DNA of 64,000 nt from Alphaproteobacteria bacterium (GTDB lineage Bacteria > Pseudomonadota > Alphaproteobacteria > UBA9219): positions 7,852 through 71,851 of the forward strand of contig JAGWIK010000010.1 of assembly GCA_028866275.1 (NCBI GenBank). Direction: 5' to 3'. Below, in pieces: positions 56,404 through 64,000 of the stretch (positions are counted from its first letter, which is position 1; each line of letters opens with the position of its first letter). The notes below the pieces were generated by a model. It was not told the origin of the DNA, made no database searches, and saw only the letters and a list, made by a program, of their open reading frames with translations. Both the position numbers and the translations under genes were made by a program.

Positions 56404-56838
56404 TTAGTTGGCCGTTTTCCCGCCGTTTTTGCCGCTGCGCTTGACGCCGTACAGTTCCAACCGGTCGCCGATGATGTCATAACCCAGTTCGGCGGCAATG
56501 CGGGCCTTGATGGTTTCCATCTCCTCGTCCTTGAACTCGATCACCTCGCCGGTATTGACGTCGATTAAATGGTGATGATGTTCGTCGCGGTTTTCTTCAT
56601 ATCGCGCCCGGCCGTCGCGGAAATCCAGTTTTTCAATAACGCCGGCGTCTTCCAGCAACCGCATCGTGCGATACACGGTGGCGATGCTGATTTTGGGGTC
56701 TATGGCAAAGGAACGGCGGTAAATCTCTTCCACATCGGGGTGGTCGTGAGATTCGGACAGAACCCGGCTGATAACGCGGCGTTGCTCGGTCATTTTCAGG
56801 CCGCGGTCGCTGCAAAGCTTTTCGATACGTGATGTCAT
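56404..56838 (-). CDS. Fur-family metalloregulator (no CxxC pairs; Fur/Mur/Irr-type)
   Basis: MTEQRRVISRVL...ISIATVYRTMRLLEDAGVI...HHHHLID. Start trimmed to ATG at 56838. Confidence 0.85.
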   Translation of the reverse strand: MTSRIEKLCSDRGLKMTEQRRVISRVLSESHDHPDVEEIYRRSFAIDPKISIATVYRTMRLLEDAGVIEKLDFRDGRARYEENRDEHHHHLIDVNTGEVIEFKDEEMETIKARIAAELGYDIIGDRLELYGVKRSGKNGGKTAN

Positions 56839-56923
56839 GGGGCCAAAATAGCCTGTGTCGAGCCTCTTGCCAACGGCCAAATCCTTGCTTATGAAGACAT
56901 AAATATTTTGGAGTTTACCGTCT

Positions 56924-57256
56924 ATGCCCTACGTTGTTACCGAAGCCTGCATCCGTTGCAAATATATGGATTGCGTCGAAGTCTGCCCCGTCGATTGTTT
57001 CTACGAAGGCGAAAATATGCTGGTCATCAGCCCGGACGAATGCATCGATTGCGGCGTCTGCGAACCCGAATGCCCGGCCGAAGCCATTATTTCCGACACC
57101 GACAAGGAAGCCGAGAAATGGCTGGAAATCAACCGCGATTATGCCGCCAAATGGCCCAATATCACGCGCAAGAAAGACGCGCCCGCCGATGCCGACGAAT
57201 GGAAAGGCAAGCCCAATAAATTCGCCGAGCAGTTCAGCGACAAAGCCGGCGGCTAG
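56924..57256 (+). CDS. fdxA: 7Fe ferredoxin ([3Fe-4S][4Fe-4S])
   Basis: [29 protein letters not shown]...[12 protein letters not shown]. Confidence 0.95.
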   Translation: MPYVVTEACIRCKYMDCVEVCPVDCFYEGENMLVISPDECIDCGVCEPECPAEAIISDTDKEAEKWLEINRDYAAKWPNITRKKDAPADADEWKGKPNKFAEQFSDKAGG

Positions 57257-57599
57257 AGTCAGGACCTAGGTTAAGAACTGATTCTCAATCGCAGGGCGAC
57301 ACCTACATGAAACCCCCGTTTAGGGGCAATATGGTTAATTTTTACAAGAGTCGAGAATCGGCTAATCCTTTGATTTATATTGGATAGCATATTTTCTTGC
57401 GTGAAAGTTTTGTAATATTACCTAATAAATGGTATATAACTGCCAACGCAGGGCATTTCCTGACAAAACGAGTGGCAAAGGCTAGTGATAAAGACCGCGG
57501 CAATAGGTTTTGCCGTTAACCTTCTCGCCTCCGTTTCGTCACGATAAAGGAATAACCTGCCCCAAGGTTTTAGGTTGGCATCCAAAAGGGGTATGAAGC

Positions 57600-58118
57600 A
57601 TGGGCGAGAAGCTTGAATTCAAGAAGGGCGATTTTGTCGTTTACCCGGCGCACGGCGTCGGCCGTGTCGAAGGCATCGACGCGTTCAGCGTGTCGGGTCA
57701 GGACGTGATGCTGTATTCGATCTCGTTCGAACAGGATCGCATGCGTTTGAAAGTTCCGGTCAGCAAGGCCAAGGCTTCGGGCCTGCGCCGCCTGTCGTCG
57801 CGCGACCGCATCAAGGAAGCCCTGTCCACCCTGCAAGGCCGGTCCAAAGTCCGCCGCGTGATGTGGAGCCGCCGCGCGCAGGAATATGAATCGAAAATCA
57901 ATTCGGGCGACCCCGTGTCGATCGCCGAAGTGGTGCGCGACCTGCATCGCGGCAACGACCAGCCCGAACAGTCCTACAGCGAACGCCAGATCTATCAGGC
58001 GGCGCTGGAACGTCTGGCGCGCGAACTGGCCGCGGTCGAAAAAATCGATCAGGACAAAGCGACACAGAAGCTGGAACTGGTTCTGACCAAGGAACGCGGC
58101 GAGAAAAAAGCCGCGTAA
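57600..58118 (+). CDS. carD: CarD-family RNA-polymerase-binding transcription regulator
   Basis: FKKGDFVVYPAHGVGRVEGI...; conserved fdxA-carD neighbourhood. Confidence 0.9.
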   Translation: MGEKLEFKKGDFVVYPAHGVGRVEGIDAFSVSGQDVMLYSISFEQDRMRLKVPVSKAKASGLRRLSSRDRIKEALSTLQGRSKVRRVMWSRRAQEYESKINSGDPVSIAEVVRDLHRGNDQPEQSYSERQIYQAALERLARELAAVEKIDQDKATQKLELVLTKERGEKKAA

Positions 58119-58140
58119 TTCTTCCGGAATAAGTAGAGCA

Positions 58141-58169
58141 AAGGCGGAACCTTCGGGTTCCGCCTTTTT
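58141..58169. terminator. Hairpin terminator between convergent carD and fabD
   Basis: AAGGCGGAACC-ttcg-GGTTCCGCCTT followed by TTT on the plus strand. Confidence 0.75.
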
Positions 58170-58173
58170 CGTT

Positions 58174-59115
58174 TCAGAGGCTCTTCAAAAACGCCTCGAT
58201 ATCCTGCGGGGTCGACAGCGCGACGCCGGCGATTTCCTTGTCGATGCGTTTGAGCATGCCGGTCAAAACGCTGCCCGCGCCGCATTCGACCATCCGGGTG
58301 ATGCCCTGCGCCTTCATATACAAAACGCTTTCGCGCCAGCGCACGGAACCCGTAACCTGTTCGACCAGCAAGGCGCGAATGGCTTCGGCGTCGCTGACGG
58401 CTTCGGCCGTGACATTGGCGACCACGGGCACGCAAGGCGGTTTGATATCAACGGCGCCCAGCGCATCGCGCATCACATCGGCGGCGGGCTGCATCAGGGA
58501 ACAATGAAACGGCGCGCTGACCGGCAATTTGACGCTGCGTTTAAAGCCGCGTTCGGCGGCAATGGCGATGGCGCGGTCGACGGCGCCGACATGCCCGCTG
58601 ATGACCACCTGCCCCGGCGCGTTATCGTTGGCGGCGGTGCAAACCTCGCCCTGCGCGGCGTCGGCCGCAATGCTTTGCGCGTCGGCCAGTTCCACGCCAA
58701 TCAACGCCGCCATGGCGCCGATGCCCACCGGCACGGCCTGCTGCATGGCGACCCCGCGTTTTTTCAACAACCGGGCCGTGTCGGACAGGGTAAAAGACCC
58801 CGCGGCGCACAGCGCCGAATATTCGCCCAAGGAATGCCCCGCGACGAAACGCGCGGCTTCCGGCAGACGAAAACCGCCCTGCTTGTCCAGCACGCGCATA
58901 ACCGCGACACTGACCGCCATCAAAGCCGGTTGCGCATTTTCCGTAAGTTTCAGATCGTCGGCAGACCCTTCGAACATCATTTTCGACAGATTTTGCCCCA
59001 ACGCGTGGTCGACTTCCTGAAACACCTCGCGCGCCTCGACAAAGGCGTCGGACAAAGCCTTGCCCATGCCGACGGCCTGACTGCCTTGTCCGGGAAATAT
59101 AAGTGCGCGGGTCAT
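58174..59115 (-). CDS. fabD: Malonyl-CoA:ACP transacylase
   Basis: MTRALIFPGQGSQAVGMG, GHSLGEYSAL. Start trimmed to ATG at 59115; the ORF-track extension reads through a palindromic repeat. Confidence 0.93.
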   Translation of the reverse strand: MTRALIFPGQGSQAVGMGKALSDAFVEAREVFQEVDHALGQNLSKMMFEGSADDLKLTENAQPALMAVSVAVMRVLDKQGGFRLPEAARFVAGHSLGEYSALCAAGSFTLSDTARLLKKRGVAMQQAVPVGIGAMAALIGVELADAQSIAADAAQGEVCTAANDNAPGQVVISGHVGAVDRAIAIAAERGFKRSVKLPVSAPFHCSLMQPAADVMRDALGAVDIKPPCVPVVANVTAEAVSDAEAIRALLVEQVTGSVRWRESVLYMKAQGITRMVECGAGSVLTGMLKRIDKEIAGVALSTPQDIEAFLKSL

Positions 59116-59145
59116 AATGTTCTCCTGACTGATGATCGAAAAAAT

Positions 59146-59232
59146 GGGATTCCCGCCTTCGCGGGAATGACGCCCTTCTTGTTGGACGCGGCGTCTCAGA
59201 AAAACCGTCATTCCCGCGAAGGCGGGAATCCC
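59146..59232. repeat. MITE-like palindromic element, copy A (two inverted 27-nt units around a 33-nt core)
   Basis: GGGATTCCCGCCTTCGCGGGAATGACG (59146-59172) ... CGTCATTCCCGCGAAGGCGGGAATCCC (59206-59232). Intergenic between lpdA and fabD. Confidence 0.85.
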
Positions 59233-59279
59233 ATTGGGGTTCTTACTTGTTCACTGTGCCTATAACAGCCGGACGGTAA

Positions 59280-60671
59280 TCACATATGAATGACCTTGTC
59301 AAACGCGGCCAGCACCGATTCATGCATGGCCTCGGACAGGGTCGGATGCGGGAACACGGTGTGCATCAATTCCTGTTCGGTGGTTTCCAGCGTGCGCCCG
59401 ACGACATAGCCTTGAATCATTTCCGTGACTTCGGGGCCGACCATATGCGCGCCCAGCAATTCGCCGGTCTTGGCGTCGAACACGGTTTTGATAAAACCAT
59501 CCGGTTCGCCCAGCGCAATCGCCTTGCCGTTGCCGATAAAGCTGAATTTGCCGACCTTGACCTGCTTGCCCGCGGCTTTGGCCTTGGCTTCGGTCATGCC
59601 GACGCTGGCGACCTGCGGCGAACAATAGGTGCAGCCCGGAATATTGCCGGCGTCCAGCGGATGAACGCCTTTGACGCCCGCGATTTTTTCAACGGCGATG
59701 ACTCCTTCATGGCTGGCTTTGTGCGCCAGCCACGGCGGCCCCGCAACGTCGCCGATGGCGTACAATCCGGGCTCATCGCTTTCGGCCCATTTATTGACGA
59801 CGACATGGCCTTTTTCGACTTTGGCCTTGGTGTTTTCCAGACCGACATTTTCGACATTGCCGGTAATGCCGACGGCCATAATCACGCGGTCGACGACCAG
59901 CGTCGACACATTGCCGCCCTGCTCGATCGTCGCGACGACGTTATCGCTGCCCTTGACGAGCTTTTTGACCGACGCGCCGGTCATCACCTTCATGCCCTGT
60001 TTTTCAAAGGCCTTGCGCGCGAAGGCGGACACTTCCTCATCTTCGACCGGCAAAATGCGGTCCATAACCTCAACCACCGTGACGTCGGCCCCCAGCGTGC
60101 GGAAGAAGCTGGCGAATTCGATGCCAATGGCGCCCGACCCGACGACCAGCAAAGATTTGGGCATTACATTGGGTTGCAAGGCTTCTTTATAAGTCCAGAT
60201 CAGCTTGCCATCTGGTTCCAGCCCCGGAAACACCCGCGCCCGCGCGCCGGTCGCCAGAATGATGTTTTTGGCGGCAATTTCGGTTTTCTTGCCGCCCTGT
60301 TCGACTTCGACGCGGCCCTTGCCCAGCAATTTGGCCGTGCCTTCGATGACTTCGACCTTGTTCTTTTTCATCAGATGCTTGATGCCGCCGACCAGCTGCG
60401 CCGACACTTTGCGCGAACGGTCGACGATTTTAGGCAGGTCAAAACTGAAATCCTTGACCGTAATGCCGAACGAATCCGCATGTTTGATCAGGTTCAAAAT
60501 TTCCGACGACCGCAGCAACGCCTTGGTCGGAATGCACCCCCAGTTCAGGCAGATGCCGCCCAGATGTTCGCGTTCGACGAGCGTGACCTTCATGCCGAGC
60601 TGCGCCGCGCGAATGGCCGCGACATAGCCGCCGGGGCCGCCGCCGATGATGATGATGTCGGAGCTTGTCAT
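59280..60671 (-). CDS. lpdA: Dihydrolipoyl dehydrogenase (E3)
   Basis: IIIGGGPGGYVAAIRAAQLG, GGICLNWGCIPTK redox disulfide, HPTLSEA. Confidence 0.95.
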   Translation of the reverse strand: MTSSDIIIIGGGPGGYVAAIRAAQLGMKVTLVEREHLGGICLNWGCIPTKALLRSSEILNLIKHADSFGITVKDFSFDLPKIVDRSRKVSAQLVGGIKHLMKKNKVEVIEGTAKLLGKGRVEVEQGGKKTEIAAKNIILATGARARVFPGLEPDGKLIWTYKEALQPNVMPKSLLVVGSGAIGIEFASFFRTLGADVTVVEVMDRILPVEDEEVSAFARKAFEKQGMKVMTGASVKKLVKGSDNVVATIEQGGNVSTLVVDRVIMAVGITGNVENVGLENTKAKVEKGHVVVNKWAESDEPGLYAIGDVAGPPWLAHKASHEGVIAVEKIAGVKGVHPLDAGNIPGCTYCSPQVASVGMTEAKAKAAGKQVKVGKFSFIGNGKAIALGEPDGFIKTVFDAKTGELLGAHMVGPEVTEMIQGYVVGRTLETTEQELMHTVFPHPTLSEAMHESVLAAFDKVIHM

Positions 60672-61216
60672 TGCTGTTTCCTTAGCTGTTCGAGATCGAG
60701 TTCATAATGATATTCAACGGAATTCGTTCCGTCTTTCCATGCCTTCGGGGCTTTATCTGTAAAACGAAAACCCCATTTCTGATTGGCGCGGCGCGACGGC
60801 TCGTTGCCTTCGCGATGCGATACGCACAGCGTCTTCAATTGCGGCTGGGCAACAGCCCAATTGATGCGCGCATCGTAAAGTTTTTTGGACAATCCCCTGC
60901 CCTGATATTCCGGCTTGATATAGCTGGCGATCAAAATGGCGGTCGAACCGCTGGGGTCGTCACGCGATGTCATGATGCCGGTCGTTCCTATAATTGTCCG
61001 GCCATCATACAAGGCAAAAAGGCAACCTTTTGCGTCGCCCAGCCAGTTTTGCCACTCTTCCTTGCCGTACGCGGACTCATGCGCATAGGTCGACCCAAAA
61101 AACTGCGGATATTTTTGCAAAGCTTCCAGCCGGATAGCCGCAAATTCCTGCCAATCGTCGGGGGTCAGCGCGCGGATGGTGACACTATCGGTTTGCTGCT
61201 TGAGTCCAGCCGGCAT
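60668..61216 (-). CDS. GNAT-family N-acetyltransferase
   Basis: 182 aa, YIKPEYQGRGLSKKLYDARI acetyl-CoA motif. ATGA overlap with the lpdA start. Confidence 0.8.
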   Translation of the reverse strand: MPAGLKQQTDSVTIRALTPDDWQEFAAIRLEALQKYPQFFGSTYAHESAYGKEEWQNWLGDAKGCLFALYDGRTIIGTTGIMTSRDDPSGSTAILIASYIKPEYQGRGLSKKLYDARINWAVAQPQLKTLCVSHREGNEPSRRANQKWGFRFTDKAPKAWKDGTNSVEYHYELDLEQLRKQQ

Positions 61217-61233
61217 GAAGCGCCCCCTCTAAT

Positions 61234-61329
61234 CGTCATTCCGGCGCAAGCCGGAATCCAGACTGAAAGCTTTCGTTTTTATAAAACTGAAAAAATTCAA
61301 ACCGGATTCCGGCTTGCGCCGGAATGACG
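61234..61329. repeat. MITE-like palindromic element, copy B (26-nt terminal inverted repeats, AT-rich 44-nt core)
   Basis: CGTCATTCCGGCGCAAGCCGGAATCC (61234-61259) ... GGATTCCGGCTTGCGCCGGAATGACG (61304-61329). Intergenic between pdhC and the GNAT gene. Confidence 0.85.
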
Positions 61330-61363
61330 ATAATGGCGAATTTGGGTTCATAGCCACAGGCCC

Positions 61364-62656
61364 TTACACCACCAAACCATACGGTTTCTCGATCAACGGC
61401 TTGAACGCCTGCAGGAATTCGGCGCCGACGGAACCGTCGACCGCGCGGTGATCGACCGACAGGGTGCAGGTCATGACCGTGGCGACCTTGATCGCGCCAT
61501 CCTTGACAACGGCGCGTTGTTCGCCCGCGCCGACGGCCAGAATGCAGGATTGCGGCGGGTTGATGATGGCCGAAAAACTCTTGACCCCGAACATGCCCAG
61601 ATTGGACACCGAAAAACCGCCGCCCTGAAATTCTTCGGGGCGCAATTTGCCGTCGCGCGCGCGCGCCGCGAGGTCTTTCATTTCCCTGGAAATCTGCGCC
61701 AAGGACTTCGTATCGGCCTTCTTGATAATCGGCGTGATCAACCCGTTCGGCGTGGCGACGGCCACGGAAACATCGGCGTCTTTATATTGCAAAATGGCGT
61801 TGTCGGTCCATGACGCGTTGGAAGCCGGAATCTTCTTCATCGCCAGCGCCGTGGCGCGGATGACGCAATCATTGACCGAAATTTTCGCGCCCGACGCTTC
61901 GTTCAAATGCTTGCGCAATTCCAAAAGCGCGTCGAGTTCGATGTCGACGGACAGATAAAAATGCGGCACCAGCTGTTTCGATTCCGTCAGGCGGCGCGCG
62001 ATAACCTTGCGCACGCCGCTGTTGGGAATGGCGTCATAGGCCATGCCGAGCTTGTCGGCATAGTCCTGCGCATCGACGCCTTGAGCAGGCGCGGCGGCCG
62101 TCGTCGCTCTGGGCGCGGCGGCGGGGGCGGTTTTGCCCGCGCCTTCGACGTCGGCCTTCACAATGCGACCATTCGGCCCCGTACCGCTGATAGTCTTCAA
62201 ATCGACGCCGGACTGTTCGGCAATACGCTTGGCCAACGGGCTGGCCACAATTCTTGCGTCATCCCGGCGCAAGCCGGGATCCATCGGCAACTGTTCGCGT
62301 GTCAAGGCCCCACTCGCCGCCGGCGTGGCGACGGCTGGATCCCGGCTTGCGCCGGGATGACGACTTTCCGAAGGCGCGTTGGCGGGCGATAATTTCGCAA
62401 CATCAACCGTTTCGCCTTCTTCGGCCAATACGGCGATCGGCGTGTTGACTTTGATGCCCTGCGTCCCGGCGGGGATCAGGATTTTGACGATTTTGCCTTC
62501 ATCGACGGCCTCGACTTCCATCGTCGCCTTGTCGGTTTCGATTTCGGCGATGACCTGCCCGGCCTTGACCGTGTCGCCTTCTTTTTTGATCCATTTGGCA
62601 AGATTGCCTTCGGTCATAGTGGGCGACAGCGCGGGCATCAGAATTTGCGTAGGCAT
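61364..62656 (-). CDS. pdhC: Pyruvate dehydrogenase E2, dihydrolipoamide acetyltransferase (one lipoyl domain, PSBD, catalytic domain)
   Basis: [13 protein letters not shown] lipoyl motif, PSBD IVASPLAKRIAEQSGVDLKTISGTGPNGRIVKADV, catalytic DHRAVDG. Confidence 0.95.
   Translation of the reverse strand: MPTQILMPALSPTMTEGNLAKWIKKEGDTVKAGQVIAEIETDKATMEVEAVDEGKIVKILIPAGTQGIKVNTPIAVLAEEGETVDVAKLSPANAPSESRHPGASRDPAVATPAASGALTREQLPMDPGLRRDDARIVASPLAKRIAEQSGVDLKTISGTGPNGRIVKADVEGAGKTAPAAAPRATTAAAPAQGVDAQDYADKLGMAYDAIPNSGVRKVIARRLTESKQLVPHFYLSVDIELDALLELRKHLNEASGAKISVNDCVIRATALAMKKIPASNASWTDNAILQYKDADVSVAVATPNGLITPIIKKADTKSLAQISREMKDLAARARDGKLRPEEFQGGGFSVSNLGMFGVKSFSAIINPPQSCILAVGAGEQRAVVKDGAIKVATVMTCTLSVDHRAVDGSVGAEFLQAFKPLIEKPYGLVV
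62257..62362. repeat. MITE-like palindromic element, copy C, inside the pdhC coding sequence (linker; read through in frame)
   Basis: CGTCATCCCGGCGCAAGCCGGGATCC (62257-62282) ... GGATCCCGGCTTGCGCCGGGATGACG (62337-62362). Encodes PdhC residues 99-133, RHPGASRDPAVATPAASGALTREQLPMDPGLRRDD. Confidence 0.8.
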
Positions 62657-62686
62657 GGAAATATCCTTGGGTAAGATCAGATAAGA

Positions 62687-64000
62687 TCAGGCCGCCCGAC
62701 GATAGCAGACGCCGCGCACGGCTTCGACAATATTTTCGACTTGCGGCAAAGCCAGTTTTTCAAGATTTGCGGCATAGGGCAACGGCACGTCCAAAGCGCA
62801 TACCCGCGCCATCGGCGCGTCAAGATAATCGAAAGCCTGTTCCATCATCACCGCGGCGATTTCCGAACCGACGCCGGCGAAAGGCCAGCTTTCCTCGACC
62901 GACACCAGACGGTTGGTTTTGCGCACGCTGTTGACGATGGTTTCGATGTCCAGCGGGCGAATGGAACGCAGATTGATGACTTCGGCCTGAATGCCTTGCG
63001 CCGCCAGCTGTTCCGCCGCAACCATGGCATGCCCGACCACGCGCGAAAAGGCGACAATCGTGACATCGCTTCCTTCGCGCATAACGCGGGCCTTGCCGAT
63101 CGGCACGGTGAAATCGGCGTCGTCGGGCACGTCGAACGACGCGCCATACATGATTTCATGTTCCAGGAACACGACGGGGTTATTGTCGCGAATGGCCGAT
63201 TTCAACAATCCCTTGGCATCGGCCGCGTCATAGGGCGCAACGACCTTCAACCCCGGCACATGCGCGTACCAGCTGGCATAGCATTGCGAATGCTGGGCCG
63301 CGACGCGCGACGCCGCGCCGTTGGGGCCGCGGAACACAATCGGGCAGCCCATCTGCCCGCCCGACATGTACAATGTCTTGGCGGCGGAATTGATAATTTG
63401 ATCCATCGCCTGCATGGCGAAATTGAAAGTCATGAATTCGACGATGGGGCGCAAGCCGCCAAAGGCCGCGCCGACGCCAAGACCGGCAAAACCCATTTCG
63501 GTAATCGGCGTATCGATCACGCGCTTGTCGCCGAATTCGTCCAGCAATCCCTGCGAGACTTTGTACGCGCCGTTATATTGCGCGACTTCCTCTCCCATCA
63601 AAAACACATTGGGGTCGCGGCGCATTTCTTCGGCCATGGCGTCGCGCAAAGCTTCGCGCACCGTTTGCTTGATGAATTTGTCATGCTGTTTTTCGGCGGC
63701 AACGGGCGCGACGACCGGCGCGGCGGCCGGTGTCGAAACGGGTTGCGCCGCGACCGGCGGCATCGCAACGACATTCGTGGGCTTCGCCGCAGGTTGCGCA
63801 TCGGCATTCTGCAACGACGCGGCGCTTTCGCCGTCTTCGAGCAGCAACGCGATCAAGTCGTTAACCTTGACATTTTCCGTGCCCGCCGGAACGACAATCT
63901 TGCCGATCGTGCCTTCGTCGACGGCTTCGACTTCCATCGTCGCCTTGTCGGTTTCGATTTCGGCGATGACCTGTCCGGCCTTGACCTTGTCGCCTTCTTT
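62687..64000 (-). CDS. pdhB: Pyruvate dehydrogenase E1 beta subunit with fused N-terminal lipoyl domain; 5' end beyond the window
   Basis: Transketolase-like pyrimidine-binding and C-terminal domains ([25 protein letters not shown]). The reading frame stays open upstream of the ORF-track Met (…[26 protein letters not shown]) to position 64000. Confidence 0.92.
   Translation of the reverse strand, partial: KEGDKVKAGQVIAEIETDKATMEVEAVDEGTIGKIVVPAGTENVKVNDLIALLLEDGESAASLQNADAQPAAKPTNVVAMPPVAAQPVSTPAAAPVVAPVAAEKQHDKFIKQTVREALRDAMAEEMRRDPNVFLMGEEVAQYNGAYKVSQGLLDEFGDKRVIDTPITEMGFAGLGVGAAFGGLRPIVEFMTFNFAMQAMDQIINSAAKTLYMSGGQMGCPIVFRGPNGAASRVAAQHSQCYASWYAHVPGLKVVAPYDAADAKGLLKSAIRDNNPVVFLEHEIMYGASFDVPDDADFTVPIGKARVMREGSDVTIVAFSRVVGHAMVAAEQLAAQGIQAEVINLRSIRPLDIETIVNSVRKTNRLVSVEESWPFAGVGSEIAAVMMEQAFDYLDAPMARVCALDVPLPYAANLEKLALPQVENIVEAVRGVCYRRAA

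Overview
This is a chromosomal segment of roughly 58-60% GC (judged by eye). It appears to come from a flagellated, hopanoid-producing alphaproteobacterium. The evidence for that placement is PdhB with a fused N-terminal lipoyl domain, fliF-fliG-fliH-fliN-flbD gene order, ATP12, and fdxA-carD adjacency. The tRNA-His has an encoded G-1/C73, which argues against the Rhizobiales/Rhodobacterales/Caulobacterales group.

Content from left to right:
- ROK kinase (partial), RHH protein, fumC, tRNA-His and glnA.
- A tightly packed 10.9-kb flagellar operon fliF-fliG-fliH-fliN-flbD-flhA-flhF-flhG-fliK(like), converging on fliI-fliJ-response regulator.
- Two unrecognisable genes (637 aa and 434 aa).
- hpnH, pcm, tRNA-Cys, and a secY-adk pair detached from the ribosomal-protein operon.
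- A fabG-ABC1 kinase-methyltransferase operon, then two ClC channels flanking a DUF268-like methyltransferase.
- A CDP-hexose/C-methyltransferase/GT2 sugar cluster ending at a low-GC GIY-YIG gene next to tRNA-Pro.
- hpnN-mlaA, ATP12, a YhdP/AsmA-like giant protein, bcp and sua5.
- Acyltransferase, tRNA-Val, HU, mgtC, and a GT4 gene coupled to an orphan prepilin-peptidase N-domain.
- scoAB, an MlaC/HpnM-like protein, an Asr-like His-rich peptide, efp, suhB, tRNA-Thr, a Fur-family regulator, fdxA, carD and fabD.
- The pdhB(partial)-pdhC-GNAT-lpdA operon.

I saw no CRISPR array, integrase, transposase, prophage or recognisable defence system.

The most unusual signals are:
1. A family of about 26-nt palindromic units forms 87-106-bp MITE-like elements. 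One copy sits in frame inside the pdhC linker, reminiscent of Rickettsia palindromic elements.
2. A 637-aa protein with an internally repeated module, plus a 434-aa orphan, are transcribed divergently from fliI.
3. hpnN is translationally coupled to mlaA, next to a YhdP-like gene.
4. Classic syntenies are scrambled (secY-adk, fabD and fabG).
5. An 83-bp near-identical tract is shared by the pdhB and pdhC lipoyl domains.

Functional calls rest on my reading of the translated ORFs (motifs and family resemblance). No database search was run.
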